This document shows positions 1 through 7,098 of a stretch of 24,000 nucleotides of DNA, one piece after another. The notes below the pieces were generated by a model. That model saw only the letters and a list, made by a program, of their open reading frames with translations, searched no databases and was not told where the DNA came from. Source of the DNA: Aeromonas phage Aes516; the sequence record JN377905.1. One strand, written 5' to 3'. The stretch's first letter is position 1. Each line of letters begins with the position of its first letter. Position numbers and translations under genes: made by a program.

Positions 1-580
1 CTCCACGTTTGGGAACGCAGATCACATACGGATAATTTTCCATAGCTCGCTTTGTGAAGAAGTAATTCGGCCTATATGTGACGCGGCCAGCATATTCATT
101 AATGTTCAATACCAAATAAACATCAGCATCTCCGCGCAAACCAGAGTACAAGCACAGCCCTTCTGATTTGCCATACGGTTTAGCACCAGCGGTATGCATT
201 GTTGGCCATTTCGCAAAAGAAGTCTTTATTTCCAGATTGAACCCAGGTGTTGGCACATCAAAGGTGATATTATCATTGTCTAACCAGTCAAATACTCCCC
301 AGACACCACCCAGGATATATGCGACACCCATTTCGGCATTCAGTGAATGAACCGTTCTGTCGATGATCCTTTGCCGAGTATCCTTCCCGTCCGATTCGGC
401 AAGAGTGTATTGAATGGTATCATCATATCGCCTTTTCCGTTTTTCAAAAAGCTCATCCCTCGTGTCGGGCTGCTTTTTGAGTTGGTCGCAGATCTGAAGA
501 CGAATAATATCCGCGTCAAACGGCTGGATATGACGAAGGGCGATAAATTCATCGTGGGATACGTTCATTGGTACTGTCAT
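1..580 (-). CDS. Partial CDS running off the window start; possible PD-(D/E)xK-like nuclease where T4 has denB
   Basis: Manual translation from ATG at 580 is open to the window edge: MTVPMNVSHDEFIALRHIQPFDADIIRLQICDQLKKQPDTRDELFEKRKRRYDDTIQYTLAESDGKDTRQRIIDRTVHSLNAEMGVAYILGG...FNLEIKTSFAKWPT... The start overlaps the upstream stop (TAATG). The nuclease label rests only on the FNLEIKTS motif and position next to rIIB. Confidence 0.7.
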   Translation of the reverse strand, partial: MTVPMNVSHDEFIALRHIQPFDADIIRLQICDQLKKQPDTRDELFEKRKRRYDDTIQYTLAESDGKDTRQRIIDRTVHSLNAEMGVAYILGGVWGVFDWLDNDNITFDVPTPGFNLEIKTSFAKWPTMHTAGAKPYGKSEGLCLYSGLRGDADVYLVLNINEYAGRVTYRPNYFFTKRAMENYPYVICVPKRG

Positions 581-897
581 TACAATTTCCTCTCAATTTC
601 AGAATATGACCATGAAAAATCGGATAAATCAAAGCTTTCTATAAGAGAAATGATTTGTTTAAGAGAAATGATTTGTTTCATTTTCTCATAATCTTGCGCA
701 TAAAACACTCGGCCAGCGGCAATGAAATGGGTCCATTCTTTTTCGAATGGTCCTAACTGCCAAGATGTTCCTTCAACAACTGCAATTATGTTCTTCGCTT
801 TCTGCAAGTCATTCGGCGAAATCCAACCATGATTTCCATAACCCGAACCAACAATGTCATCATCTTTGTAAAATACAATGCTAAATGGCGAGCTCAT
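580..897 (-). CDS. Hypothetical phage protein (105 aa)
   Basis: ORF on the coding strand, overlapping the next gene by TAATG; located between the rIIB terminator and the partial gene. Confidence 0.6.
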   Translation of the reverse strand: MSSPFSIVFYKDDDIVGSGYGNHGWISPNDLQKAKNIIAVVEGTSWQLGPFEKEWTHFIAAGRVFYAQDYEKMKQIISLKQIISLIESFDLSDFSWSYSEIERKL

Positions 898-912
898 ACA
901 AACCCCTTACAA

Positions 913-936
913 ATAAGCCCTCCGAAGAGGGCTTAT
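913..936 (-). terminator. Rho-independent-like terminator hairpin downstream of rIIB
   Basis: Perfect 10-bp stem ATAAGCCCTC-UUCG-GAGGGCUUAU just after the rIIB stop; only a weak U tract. Confidence 0.6.
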
Positions 937-941
937 GAAAA

Positions 942-1883
942 TTAGTAGTGCTTCATTTCTTTGAAGTCAGAAGTTACTTCGTAAAGAACTTCATATCCGG
1001 CACAACGCATTTTGGCATTGTTGTAGTCGGTTGGAATAGCGACTACATCCGCCGGGTTGACCTTGCACGCAATCACTTTTCCAGAACCACCGCCATAATG
1101 AGGGATATAAGACTTGGCAGCAACATGAAGACCATGAGAGCAGGTAACGTTAGGGTTTTCATCAACTTGGAAGCGATTAACCTTAACCGCTGTTCCGGGA
1201 GAGTTATCGAATTTGCCGGTGTACATGTCTTTGAAATTGCTGTTTACACGCTTCCAAGCAATGAAATGGCCATCATCAGTGATTTCAATGTCGTTGTGTT
1301 CCAGGAAGTCGTACAGCTGATATACGGCCCGACGACTCGGGTTTGCCATCAGATTTTCGAAGAATGCGACCAGAGGCTCGAAAGGTTCGCCATTCTGCAT
1401 CTTCTCAACGATACGACGAGTAAGACCAGAATCAATGATCAGATCTTTGTATTTCAGTGTGCCGCCTTCGATAACCAGATCGCCGGAGACATATCGCTCA
1501 AGACCACGCTTGATATTCAACATTTCCATTGCTTCATCGTATTTTTCTTCGCGCAGAAGACCGATGATTTCCATGAACTTTGGATGGTCGCCGGAAGCAT
1601 TGTAAGTCTCAGAACCAATAGTCACAGAAAGGAACTTGGAGTTAGCCATCCAGGTACATTCCAACTTATCAGCAATTTCTTCATCAGCGGGTGAATCCGC
1701 TGGCACTGCAGCAACCGAGGTACTCCAATTTCGAACTTCTTTCAGAACCCGAGCAATTGTATCTACCGATACACAATATTCGCTTGCCAAATAAGCTTGA
1801 GACACACTGCCAGTAGAATATTTGTCAAAAATCTGTTGCTTGGTTTCATTATCAAAACACTTAACAATTTTAAGCTTAGCCAT
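942..1883 (-). CDS. rIIB: rIIB protein
   Basis: 313 aa (T4 rIIB is a similar size). N-terminal HTH-like segment (YLASEYCVSVDTIARVLKEV) and rIIB core GHFIAWKRVNSNFKDMYTGKFDNSPGTAV...CSHGLHVA; directly follows rIIA. Confidence 0.95.
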   Translation of the reverse strand: MAKLKIVKCFDNETKQQIFDKYSTGSVSQAYLASEYCVSVDTIARVLKEVRNWSTSVAAVPADSPADEEIADKLECTWMANSKFLSVTIGSETYNASGDHPKFMEIIGLLREEKYDEAMEMLNIKRGLERYVSGDLVIEGGTLKYKDLIIDSGLTRRIVEKMQNGEPFEPLVAFFENLMANPSRRAVYQLYDFLEHNDIEITDDGHFIAWKRVNSNFKDMYTGKFDNSPGTAVKVNRFQVDENPNVTCSHGLHVAAKSYIPHYGGGSGKVIACKVNPADVVAIPTDYNNAKMRCAGYEVLYEVTSDFKEMKHY

Positions 1884-1909
1884 ATCATACCTCTTTGTTT
1901 TAAGGGCTC

Positions 1910-4024
1910 TTACTGAGCCCGGAGAATTTCGATATCTTTCATGATTTCAGGAGTTAATTCTATACCACTAACGGCAACTGCAAACAATAGCGGGTGTTTA
2001 ATTTTCAATGACTCCATATGATCATAGAACATTTCGGAATACTTTTTATTCTGTTCATCAACATATTCTTTGATTTCAGCATAATCAGCATAATCAGGAT
2101 TTCCGATTTCAACCCACTGGGATGCATCATTCAGGAAATCATCATTGTTTTCGTCAAACTTTTCAGTTATATCAATTCCAAGAATGCCCATTTGCTTAAG
2201 GCGAATTGCTTCTTCATAGTCACCGATATTAGGGCACTCGGCGCTGAGAATATCAAAAGCATCTTTCGACACTTTGCACTGATCATATGCCCACTTAAAA
2301 CCGCATTTCAAACCAGGAGCCTTCACAGCGGCAGAACGCTTTCCATTATCGATGACGTAAACTTCGGTTGCTCCAATCAGCATCAATTTGCTAGGGGCAT
2401 TACGCACCGTATACGGTGAAGCTTTAAGCGCAATTCTGTCAAATGTATCGTTATACGAAATAACCGCAATTCCTTCAAGAGCTTTTATTTCGGCAGATGT
2501 CATGTAAACTAATTCGATGTCGCGAATGTCAAAATCATTAATGTAATGACGTTGAACGTTTGGCTTAGGATCGCGACGAGGAGATGTTTTGCGCTTATGC
2601 GCGGTAAATGCTTTTCGAATATCATCCATTTCACTAAATTTGAGAATTGAGCGTTCGCCAACATCAAACTTCTCACAAATAGCTTTCATTGTTCGGGCAT
2701 ATTGGGCGTACTCGTTTTTCTTCAGCTTACGAGTTTTGTTCAACACAACTATCGGAATGGTATTGCCAATATGATGATGATATGCCCGAACCATATTCGG
2801 AATGCCTTCACCAGTATCATTGATGAGAACATGCACTTTGTGCCGACTGATGCCAAAGATTTCTGTTGCATCTATATTGGAACTTCTCCATGAATATCCC
2901 GAGAGTGTAACATGCTGACGCAAACTGCCGCCACGATATGCATAAACGGTAATGTCACAAAGCTTTGACATATTTGTATATCGATCAATAAGATCGTTAA
3001 TTCGTTCGCCGTCAATGATCAAATCTGAAATAGCTTGGCGAACATAGTTGTTGTATCCGCTGGCTTTAATTACGGCTTTTCGTTTATCGGTTATTCCGTC
3101 AAATTCCTTCTTTACCGATTCGGCAAAGTTATCAGAAAAATCACGAAGACGAGAAACGATGTAATCTTCGCCTTCTTTGGTCAGTGACAGTTCTTCCCGA
3201 GAAGGAGCAATGTCTACTGAACCAATGGGGCACTTGATATACGCGGCTTTGCCAGCATATCGAAATACCATATCGGATTCCAGGAGACGATGAGGGATCG
3301 GGTACACGACTCCACCGATTACGGCATATACTTCTCCAGGACGGGCGAATTCGTCAGTATTGAAGAACGAATCTTGATTCGGAAATTCTTCAATACTGCT
3401 TGCATCCATATTTGTGATGTAAGGTTTGCAGCGATCAAATGCCCGGTACACTTTGCGAGCCAAAATTTTCCAACGAGCATGTTCGTGCTCAGGGATTGGA
3501 ACCAAAATCTCGAGACCATCTTCTTCAGTCGTCGGAGTAGTCGACATCGGTGTAGCAAATGGTTCTCCATTATCCATATACATGTTGTAGACGGTGCACA
3601 GACCTTTTTGATAGCTTTTTACTGTGAAACCACCGCCCGACTCGCTGTATGCAAATGGAGACTTGCAACCAAGACCGAAACCACCGATTGAATCATCAGA
3701 ACCATCTTTGGTGGAAGCAAAATAGACGGTGAAAATCTCATCAACTTGCTCTTGTGTCAGCCCAGTTCCAAAATCACGGATTACGAACCACGGGTAAATT
3801 GAAGTTGGGAGAGTGACGTTGAATGGAATATGTCCTTTTCCGAGTTCACAATGGATGTCAACTGCATTACATGAAAGCTCGCGCAAAACTGCTTCAGCTT
3901 TGTCTTTATAAAGCTTTTCAGAAAGTACTTGGAATGCCTTCCGCCCGGCCTGGATTTTAAACCCAGTCCGTTTAGAAGGTGCATTACCAAACATCACATC
4001 TTGTTCGTTAGAACCAATAATCAT
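1910..4024 (-). CDS. rIIA: rIIA protein, GHKL-type ATPase fold
   Basis: 704 aa with VLRELSCNAVDIH, IRDFGTGL and GGFGLGCKSPFAYS (GHKL motifs), upstream of rIIB. Confidence 0.95.
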   Translation of the reverse strand: MIIGSNEQDVMFGNAPSKRTGFKIQAGRKAFQVLSEKLYKDKAEAVLRELSCNAVDIHCELGKGHIPFNVTLPTSIYPWFVIRDFGTGLTQEQVDEIFTVYFASTKDGSDDSIGGFGLGCKSPFAYSESGGGFTVKSYQKGLCTVYNMYMDNGEPFATPMSTTPTTEEDGLEILVPIPEHEHARWKILARKVYRAFDRCKPYITNMDASSIEEFPNQDSFFNTDEFARPGEVYAVIGGVVYPIPHRLLESDMVFRYAGKAAYIKCPIGSVDIAPSREELSLTKEGEDYIVSRLRDFSDNFAESVKKEFDGITDKRKAVIKASGYNNYVRQAISDLIIDGERINDLIDRYTNMSKLCDITVYAYRGGSLRQHVTLSGYSWRSSNIDATEIFGISRHKVHVLINDTGEGIPNMVRAYHHHIGNTIPIVVLNKTRKLKKNEYAQYARTMKAICEKFDVGERSILKFSEMDDIRKAFTAHKRKTSPRRDPKPNVQRHYINDFDIRDIELVYMTSAEIKALEGIAVISYNDTFDRIALKASPYTVRNAPSKLMLIGATEVYVIDNGKRSAAVKAPGLKCGFKWAYDQCKVSKDAFDILSAECPNIGDYEEAIRLKQMGILGIDITEKFDENNDDFLNDASQWVEIGNPDYADYAEIKEYVDEQNKKYSEMFYDHMESLKIKHPLLFAVAVSGIELTPEIMKDIEILRAQ

Positions 4025-4036
4025 TATGTGTTTCCT

Positions 4037-4303
4037 TTATTCAACAATATCGAAATATTTGCGCTCACCCCAGAAAACCCATGCGTAATCTTCACACTGA
4101 CCACCGTCATACACAAACACTCCAGCGACTTGATTGCCGAAACCGTCAAGAACAGCCAATACTGGGGTTTTGTCATATTCATCTGCCGGTTCTTCTCGGC
4201 ATTCCCATGTGTCCATACCGAGAGTGCGAGCAATCCATTCATTGCATTTGGCAATACGTGCAAATGCTTTGCGATGTTCTTCGGATTTAAAGGTGATTTG
4301 CAT
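4037..4303 (-). CDS. Small hypothetical protein of a local paralogous family (FKSEEHRKAFA)
   Basis: 88 aa; start MQITFKSEEHRKAFARIAKCNEWIARTLG resembles the ORFs at 4877..5125 and 5430..5681. Confidence 0.75.
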   Translation of the reverse strand: MQITFKSEEHRKAFARIAKCNEWIARTLGMDTWECREEPADEYDKTPVLAVLDGFGNQVAGVFVYDGGQCEDYAWVFWGERKYFDIVE

Positions 4304-4565
4304 AACTATGTTCCTTTTTCATACGGTGTTCCATTTCGGAAACAATCTGACTCCAATTGGAACCATAAAGATTCGCTTCATGTACAAGGCCCAAATGACA
4401 CAGCCGACCAAGTTCTTTGCGGGTTGCAATACCAGCTTTGATATTAGCAATAATTGGGTTAACTTCGTCACTCAGTTCATCAGCAGTTTCTTCATCACCC
4501 ATGAATCGTACATTGATGCGACAAATTCGAACCAGAGCTTCAGATATTTCTTCATGCAGGGTCAT
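4287..4565 (-). CDS. Hypothetical protein (92 aa)
   Basis: ORF overlapping its neighbour; strong SD (AAAGGAGG) before the ATG. Confidence 0.75.
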   Translation of the reverse strand: MTLHEEISEALVRICRINVRFMGDEETADELSDEVNPIIANIKAGIATRKELGRLCHLGLVHEANLYGSNWSQIVSEMEHRMKKEHSYANHL

Positions 4566-4721
4566 AATGACCTCCTTTGTTTTTCTACTGGTGTTATCCT
4601 AACACAGTAAACATTACAATGACACAGTTAAAGTTAAAATAATTTTAGGATTAACTGGGTTGAACCTGGATAATACCTTATTCTTATGTGAATGTATTAT
4701 TGACTAAACTATTGAGTTCAG

Positions 4722-4751
4722 CCAGGTTTACCTGGTTCGACCCTGTCGAAC
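4722..4751. repeat. Two abutting perfect inverted repeats in an intergenic region
   Basis: CCAGGT-TT-ACCTGG (4722-4735) and GTTCGAC-CCT-GTCGAAC (4735-4751). Confidence 0.6.
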
Positions 4752-4759
4752 TAACCATT

Positions 4760-4803
4760 TTTATCCTTTATGGCTTAATAGATATTATAACTAAAAGGAT
4801 AAA
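4760..4803. repeat. 10-bp perfect inverted repeat flanking an AT-rich, TATAAT-containing segment
   Basis: TTTATCCTTT (4760-4769) / AAAGGATAAA (4794-4803). Confidence 0.55.
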
Positions 4804-4833
4804 TTCGAGCTTCGCTCGAAGAGGCAAAGCCTC
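4804..4833. repeat. Tandem short hairpins
   Basis: TTCGAGC-TTC-GCTCGAA (4804-4820) and GAGGC-AAA-GCCTC (4821-4833). Confidence 0.6.
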
Positions 4834-4850
4834 AAACTGTTTTGATACAA

Positions 4851-4873
4851 AAAAAGCCGGGCGGCTGCCCGGC
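4851..4873 (-). terminator. Rho-independent terminator
   Basis: Minus strand: GCCGGGC-AGCC-GCCCGGC followed by TTTTTTTG; just downstream of the 4877..5125 CDS. Confidence 0.85.
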
Positions 4874-4876
4874 CAG

Positions 4877-5125
4877 TCAATCAATGAACTCGAAGAAGCA
4901 AACTTCGTCACTAGCGATAGACTCGAACACCACACCATCAATGACGATGTCGAACCAGCCAGCAAATGGAGAATTGAGTTTGACAACGTCGAACTCTTTC
5001 ATTCCCAAGTGACGAGCGATGCGACGGTTGTTATTTGTGTCGCCCAGAGGTCCAATTGCCCAACGCTTTTCACCGTAGTTGATAAACTGCTGACGTGCTT
5101 CTTCAGATTTGAAACGTGCTTTCAT
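4877..5125 (-). CDS. Small hypothetical protein of the local FKSEE paralogous family
   Basis: MKARFKSEEARQQFINYGEKRWAIGPLG...; SD AGGAG before ATG at 5125. Confidence 0.75.
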   Translation of the reverse strand: MKARFKSEEARQQFINYGEKRWAIGPLGDTNNNRRIARHLGMKEFDVVKLNSPFAGWFDIVIDGVVFESIASDEVCFFEFID

Positions 5126-5126
5126 T

Positions 5127-5342
5127 TTATTCTCCTTTCGCCAATTCAATTTGAACGTATTCGATGTATGAAGCAGCTTTCTTGCCGCCGAGACGCTTTG
5201 CTTTCTTTGTGCCTTTAATGTTCATGAAGACTGACGGAGAATCAGTTTCAACACCGTAAACATTGATAAAGGTATCAAGATACGGGGAGAAGAACATTGC
5301 GTGGGATTTAACGTTACCGAATGCTTCGGTGAAGTTGATCAT
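5127..5342 (-). CDS. Hypothetical protein (71 aa)
   Basis: ORF abutting the next CDS; begins MINFTEAFGNVKSHAMFFSPYLD. Confidence 0.65.
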   Translation of the reverse strand: MINFTEAFGNVKSHAMFFSPYLDTFINVYGVETDSPSVFMNIKGTKKAKRLGGKKAASYIEYVQIELAKGE

Positions 5343-5384
5343 TTTAAATTACTCCATGTTTTGCAGTTTGTTTAACTTGAGGCT

Positions 5385-5413
5385 ATAGTATCCCATAGCC
5401 TCGCGGTTGTAAA
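5385..5413 (-). promoter_or_regulatory. T4-like early (sigma70) promoter
   Basis: Minus strand: TTTACA (5413-5408), 17-nt spacer, TACTAT (5390-5385), preceded by G as in GTTTACA. Confidence 0.65.
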
Positions 5414-5429
5414 CTGCTTTGTTGTGAAA

Positions 5430-5681
5430 TTATTCAATAATTTCCATGAAATAATGAAGTTCTTCGTCGTCGAAAATGATTCCGCCACCACCTGTTGATT
5501 CCGGCAGCTCGATCATCGCACCGTCAGAATCGACCAAACGGTATTGAACATTTTTGTGTGGGTCAAACCGAGCCAAAAATTCGTCTGGCATGAATTTCTC
5601 GAATTCGGCGTTGTACGAGGCAGATTTAGCAAAAGCTTTACGATGTTCCGGGGATTTGAATTTAACTCGAACGATTTTCAT
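5430..5681 (-). CDS. Small hypothetical protein of the local FKSPE paralogous family
   Basis: MKIVRVKFKSPEHRKAFAKSASYNAEFEKF...; resembles 4037..4303 and 4877..5125. Confidence 0.75.
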   Translation of the reverse strand: MKIVRVKFKSPEHRKAFAKSASYNAEFEKFMPDEFLARFDPHKNVQYRLVDSDGAMIELPESTGGGGIIFDDEELHYFMEIIE

Positions 5682-5711
5682 GATGTACTCCTTAGTTGAT
5701 TTGATGGAGCC

Positions 5712-5740
5712 ATAATACCATTCACTTTAAGCGTTGTACA
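5712..5740 (-). promoter_or_regulatory. Early-type promoter
   Basis: Minus strand: TGTACA (5740-5735), 17-nt spacer, TATTAT (5717-5712). Confidence 0.5.
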
Positions 5741-5758
5741 CTGTTTTTCAAAAACAAC

Positions 5759-5780
5759 AAAGGGCTCCGAAGAGCCCTTT
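5759..5780 (-). terminator. Rho-independent terminator downstream of gene 60
   Basis: AAAGGGCTC-UUCG-GAGCCCUUU then GUUGUUUUUG on the minus strand; lies 2 nt after the gene 60 stop. Confidence 0.8.
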
Positions 5781-5781
5781 T

Positions 5782-6278
5782 TCATTGTGACATCCATTGT
5801 TTTCGAAGTTCTGCTTCATCACCAAGCAGCATTTCGAACAATTCTTCCCAATCGGGCCCAAGATCGACGATATCATACTGAGGGTTATTAACAACTTCGG
5901 AATATTCATGTTCGCGAAGTGAACCCAATCCTTTGATATATCGAAGTTCCCAACCTTTGTACTTTTCCTTTTGCGCATCAAACTCAGTTATGGTATAAAA
6001 CCACTTGGTCTGCTTTCCTTTAGAAAGAATGACTACTGGAGTTTTTACGAATCGTACGCAGCCCTGGTTGTACAGTTCTGGCCAACGACTAAAGAACGCG
6101 AGTAGACATGGGTAAATTGAACCTTGGCCGTCGATTAACCCCGCTAGTCTGGGTCCGCATCAGTCATGATGGCAACGTTTTTATATTTCATGTTGCTAGT
6201 TACACCACGCCGAGTGTTTGTCTGTGCCATATACCGGGCCATATCCACGTTTGTAATTTTAACTGCTTTTGCACTCAT
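5782..6278 (-). CDS. 60: DNA topoisomerase II large-subunit C-terminal part (T4 gp60-like), apparently read through a 17-nt translational bypass
   Basis: Segment 1, 6278..6147: MSAKAVKITNVDMARYMAQTNTRRGVTSNMKYKNVAIMTDADPD then TAG. Segment 2 resumes at GGC 6129: GQGSIYPCLLAFFSRWPELYNQGCVRFVKTPVVILSKGKQTKWFYTITEFDAQKEKYKGWELRYIKGLGSLREHEYSEVVNNPQYDIVDLGPDWEELFEMLLGDEAELRKQWMSQ*. Joined product is 159 aa; recalled T4 gp60 is 160 aa. Confidence 0.9.
6130..6146 (-). other. Predicted 17-nt translational bypass (coding gap)
   Basis: Minus strand: ...GCG GAC CCA GAC | TAGCGGGGTTAATCGAC | GGC CAA GGT TCA... Take-off codon GAC (6149-6147) is followed directly by TAG; the gap ends in a matching landing GAC (6132-6130). 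GGGG lies 6 nt upstream of the landing codon. Confidence 0.75.
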
Positions 6279-7098
6279 TTATGAACTCCACAAATTCTTT
6301 GTCATCATATGGATTGTAACCGTCTTTGTATTTTCTAAACAGATGATTGAGATATTTCGTAGATGTTGGGTTTATTCCAATTTCTTTTATACATCGAGAT
6401 AAACCAGTTTTCTTTGGATGATTTTCATTGTAATACAAAACAAACCAATCGTAAACATCAAGAGCAAAAACTATCGATTTGTCAATTTTTGGCATACGAT
6501 ACCATGGCAATGACTTAATCTTTTCAGCTGCCGCAATTGTGGCTTTTCTTGTTCGCTCAGGATTCCAAGCATTTATACCTTTGAATTCCTTAGACAAAAC
6601 ACGAGCATCCGTCTTATGCAAATATAAAACATCACCACTTTTATTTCTGTACGGTGCCATACCTTTTATTTTGTCTATCTCATATCTGTTGCCATAATTC
6701 AAGCCGGCGTATAAATGAATATTATCATAATACTCGGTTTTCTTTATTTGAACAGCTTTACCTGTTGCTTTGAGTTTAACGACAACATGATCTCTCATCA
6801 ATTTTCTAGACCAGTCCGACACAATTTTCGAATGCATATTTCGTAGTGACTGATACAACTTTGAGTTTCCATGCATCGACATTCGGTTGAACGCAAAGAT
6901 CGTTTCTTTGCATGGCGAGATTTTTGCCAGTAAAACATGAGCAATGAAATGTTCTCTCGGCGTTAAATCTACCAGATTCGATTCTTCATCAGTTCCGCCG
7001 AGAGATCGCATTACTATATGATGTCTTTCTTTAGGGGTTGGAGAAGGGCGATGTCTCGCCCTTCTTATCAACTCATCATAAACACGTTTGTAATTCAT
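6259..7098 (-). CDS. HNH homing endonuclease inserted between the topoisomerase gene fragments (positional analogue of T4 mobA)
   Basis: MNYKRVYDELIRRARHRPSPTPKERHHIVMRSLGGTDEESNLVDLTPREHFIAHVLLAKI (HNH motif). Start overlaps the gp39 stop (ATGA); its 3' end overlaps the gp60 start. Confidence 0.9.
   Translation of the reverse strand: MNYKRVYDELIRRARHRPSPTPKERHHIVMRSLGGTDEESNLVDLTPREHFIAHVLLAKISPCKETIFAFNRMSMHGNSKLYQSLRNMHSKIVSDWSRKLMRDHVVVKLKATGKAVQIKKTEYYDNIHLYAGLNYGNRYEIDKIKGMAPYRNKSGDVLYLHKTDARVLSKEFKGINAWNPERTRKATIAAAEKIKSLPWYRMPKIDKSIVFALDVYDWFVLYYNENHPKKTGLSRCIKEIGINPTSTKYLNHLFRKYKDGYNPYDDKEFVEFINECKSS

Noticed and set aside
340-552. Track ORF on minus strand and the overlapping plus ORF 347..691
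   Set aside because: Both are alternative-frame readings of the 193-codon frame open from 580 to the window edge, which has a coupled start.
948-1694. Long plus-strand ORF (248 aa) and other plus-strand ORFs throughout
   Set aside because: Antisense to well-recognised minus-strand genes (rIIB, rIIA, 39, dda, 41, 43, etc.), with no plausible SD or family motif.
4735-4751. GTTCGAC...GTCGAAC resembling a tRNA T-arm
   Set aside because: No acceptor, D or anticodon arms can be assembled around it; no tRNA found in this window by eye.
5748-5981. Track ORF MMRKRKSTKVGNFDIS...
   Set aside because: Out-of-frame reading of the gp60-like C-terminal segment, whose true frame (GQGSIYP...LRKQWMSQ) is strongly recognisable.
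6130-6147. LAGLID string in the alternative frame next to DADPD, suggestive of a LAGLIDADG endonuclease
   Set aside because: It exists only in the out-of-frame reading of the 17-nt gap; there is no endonuclease ORF around it, and the nearby endonuclease is HNH type.
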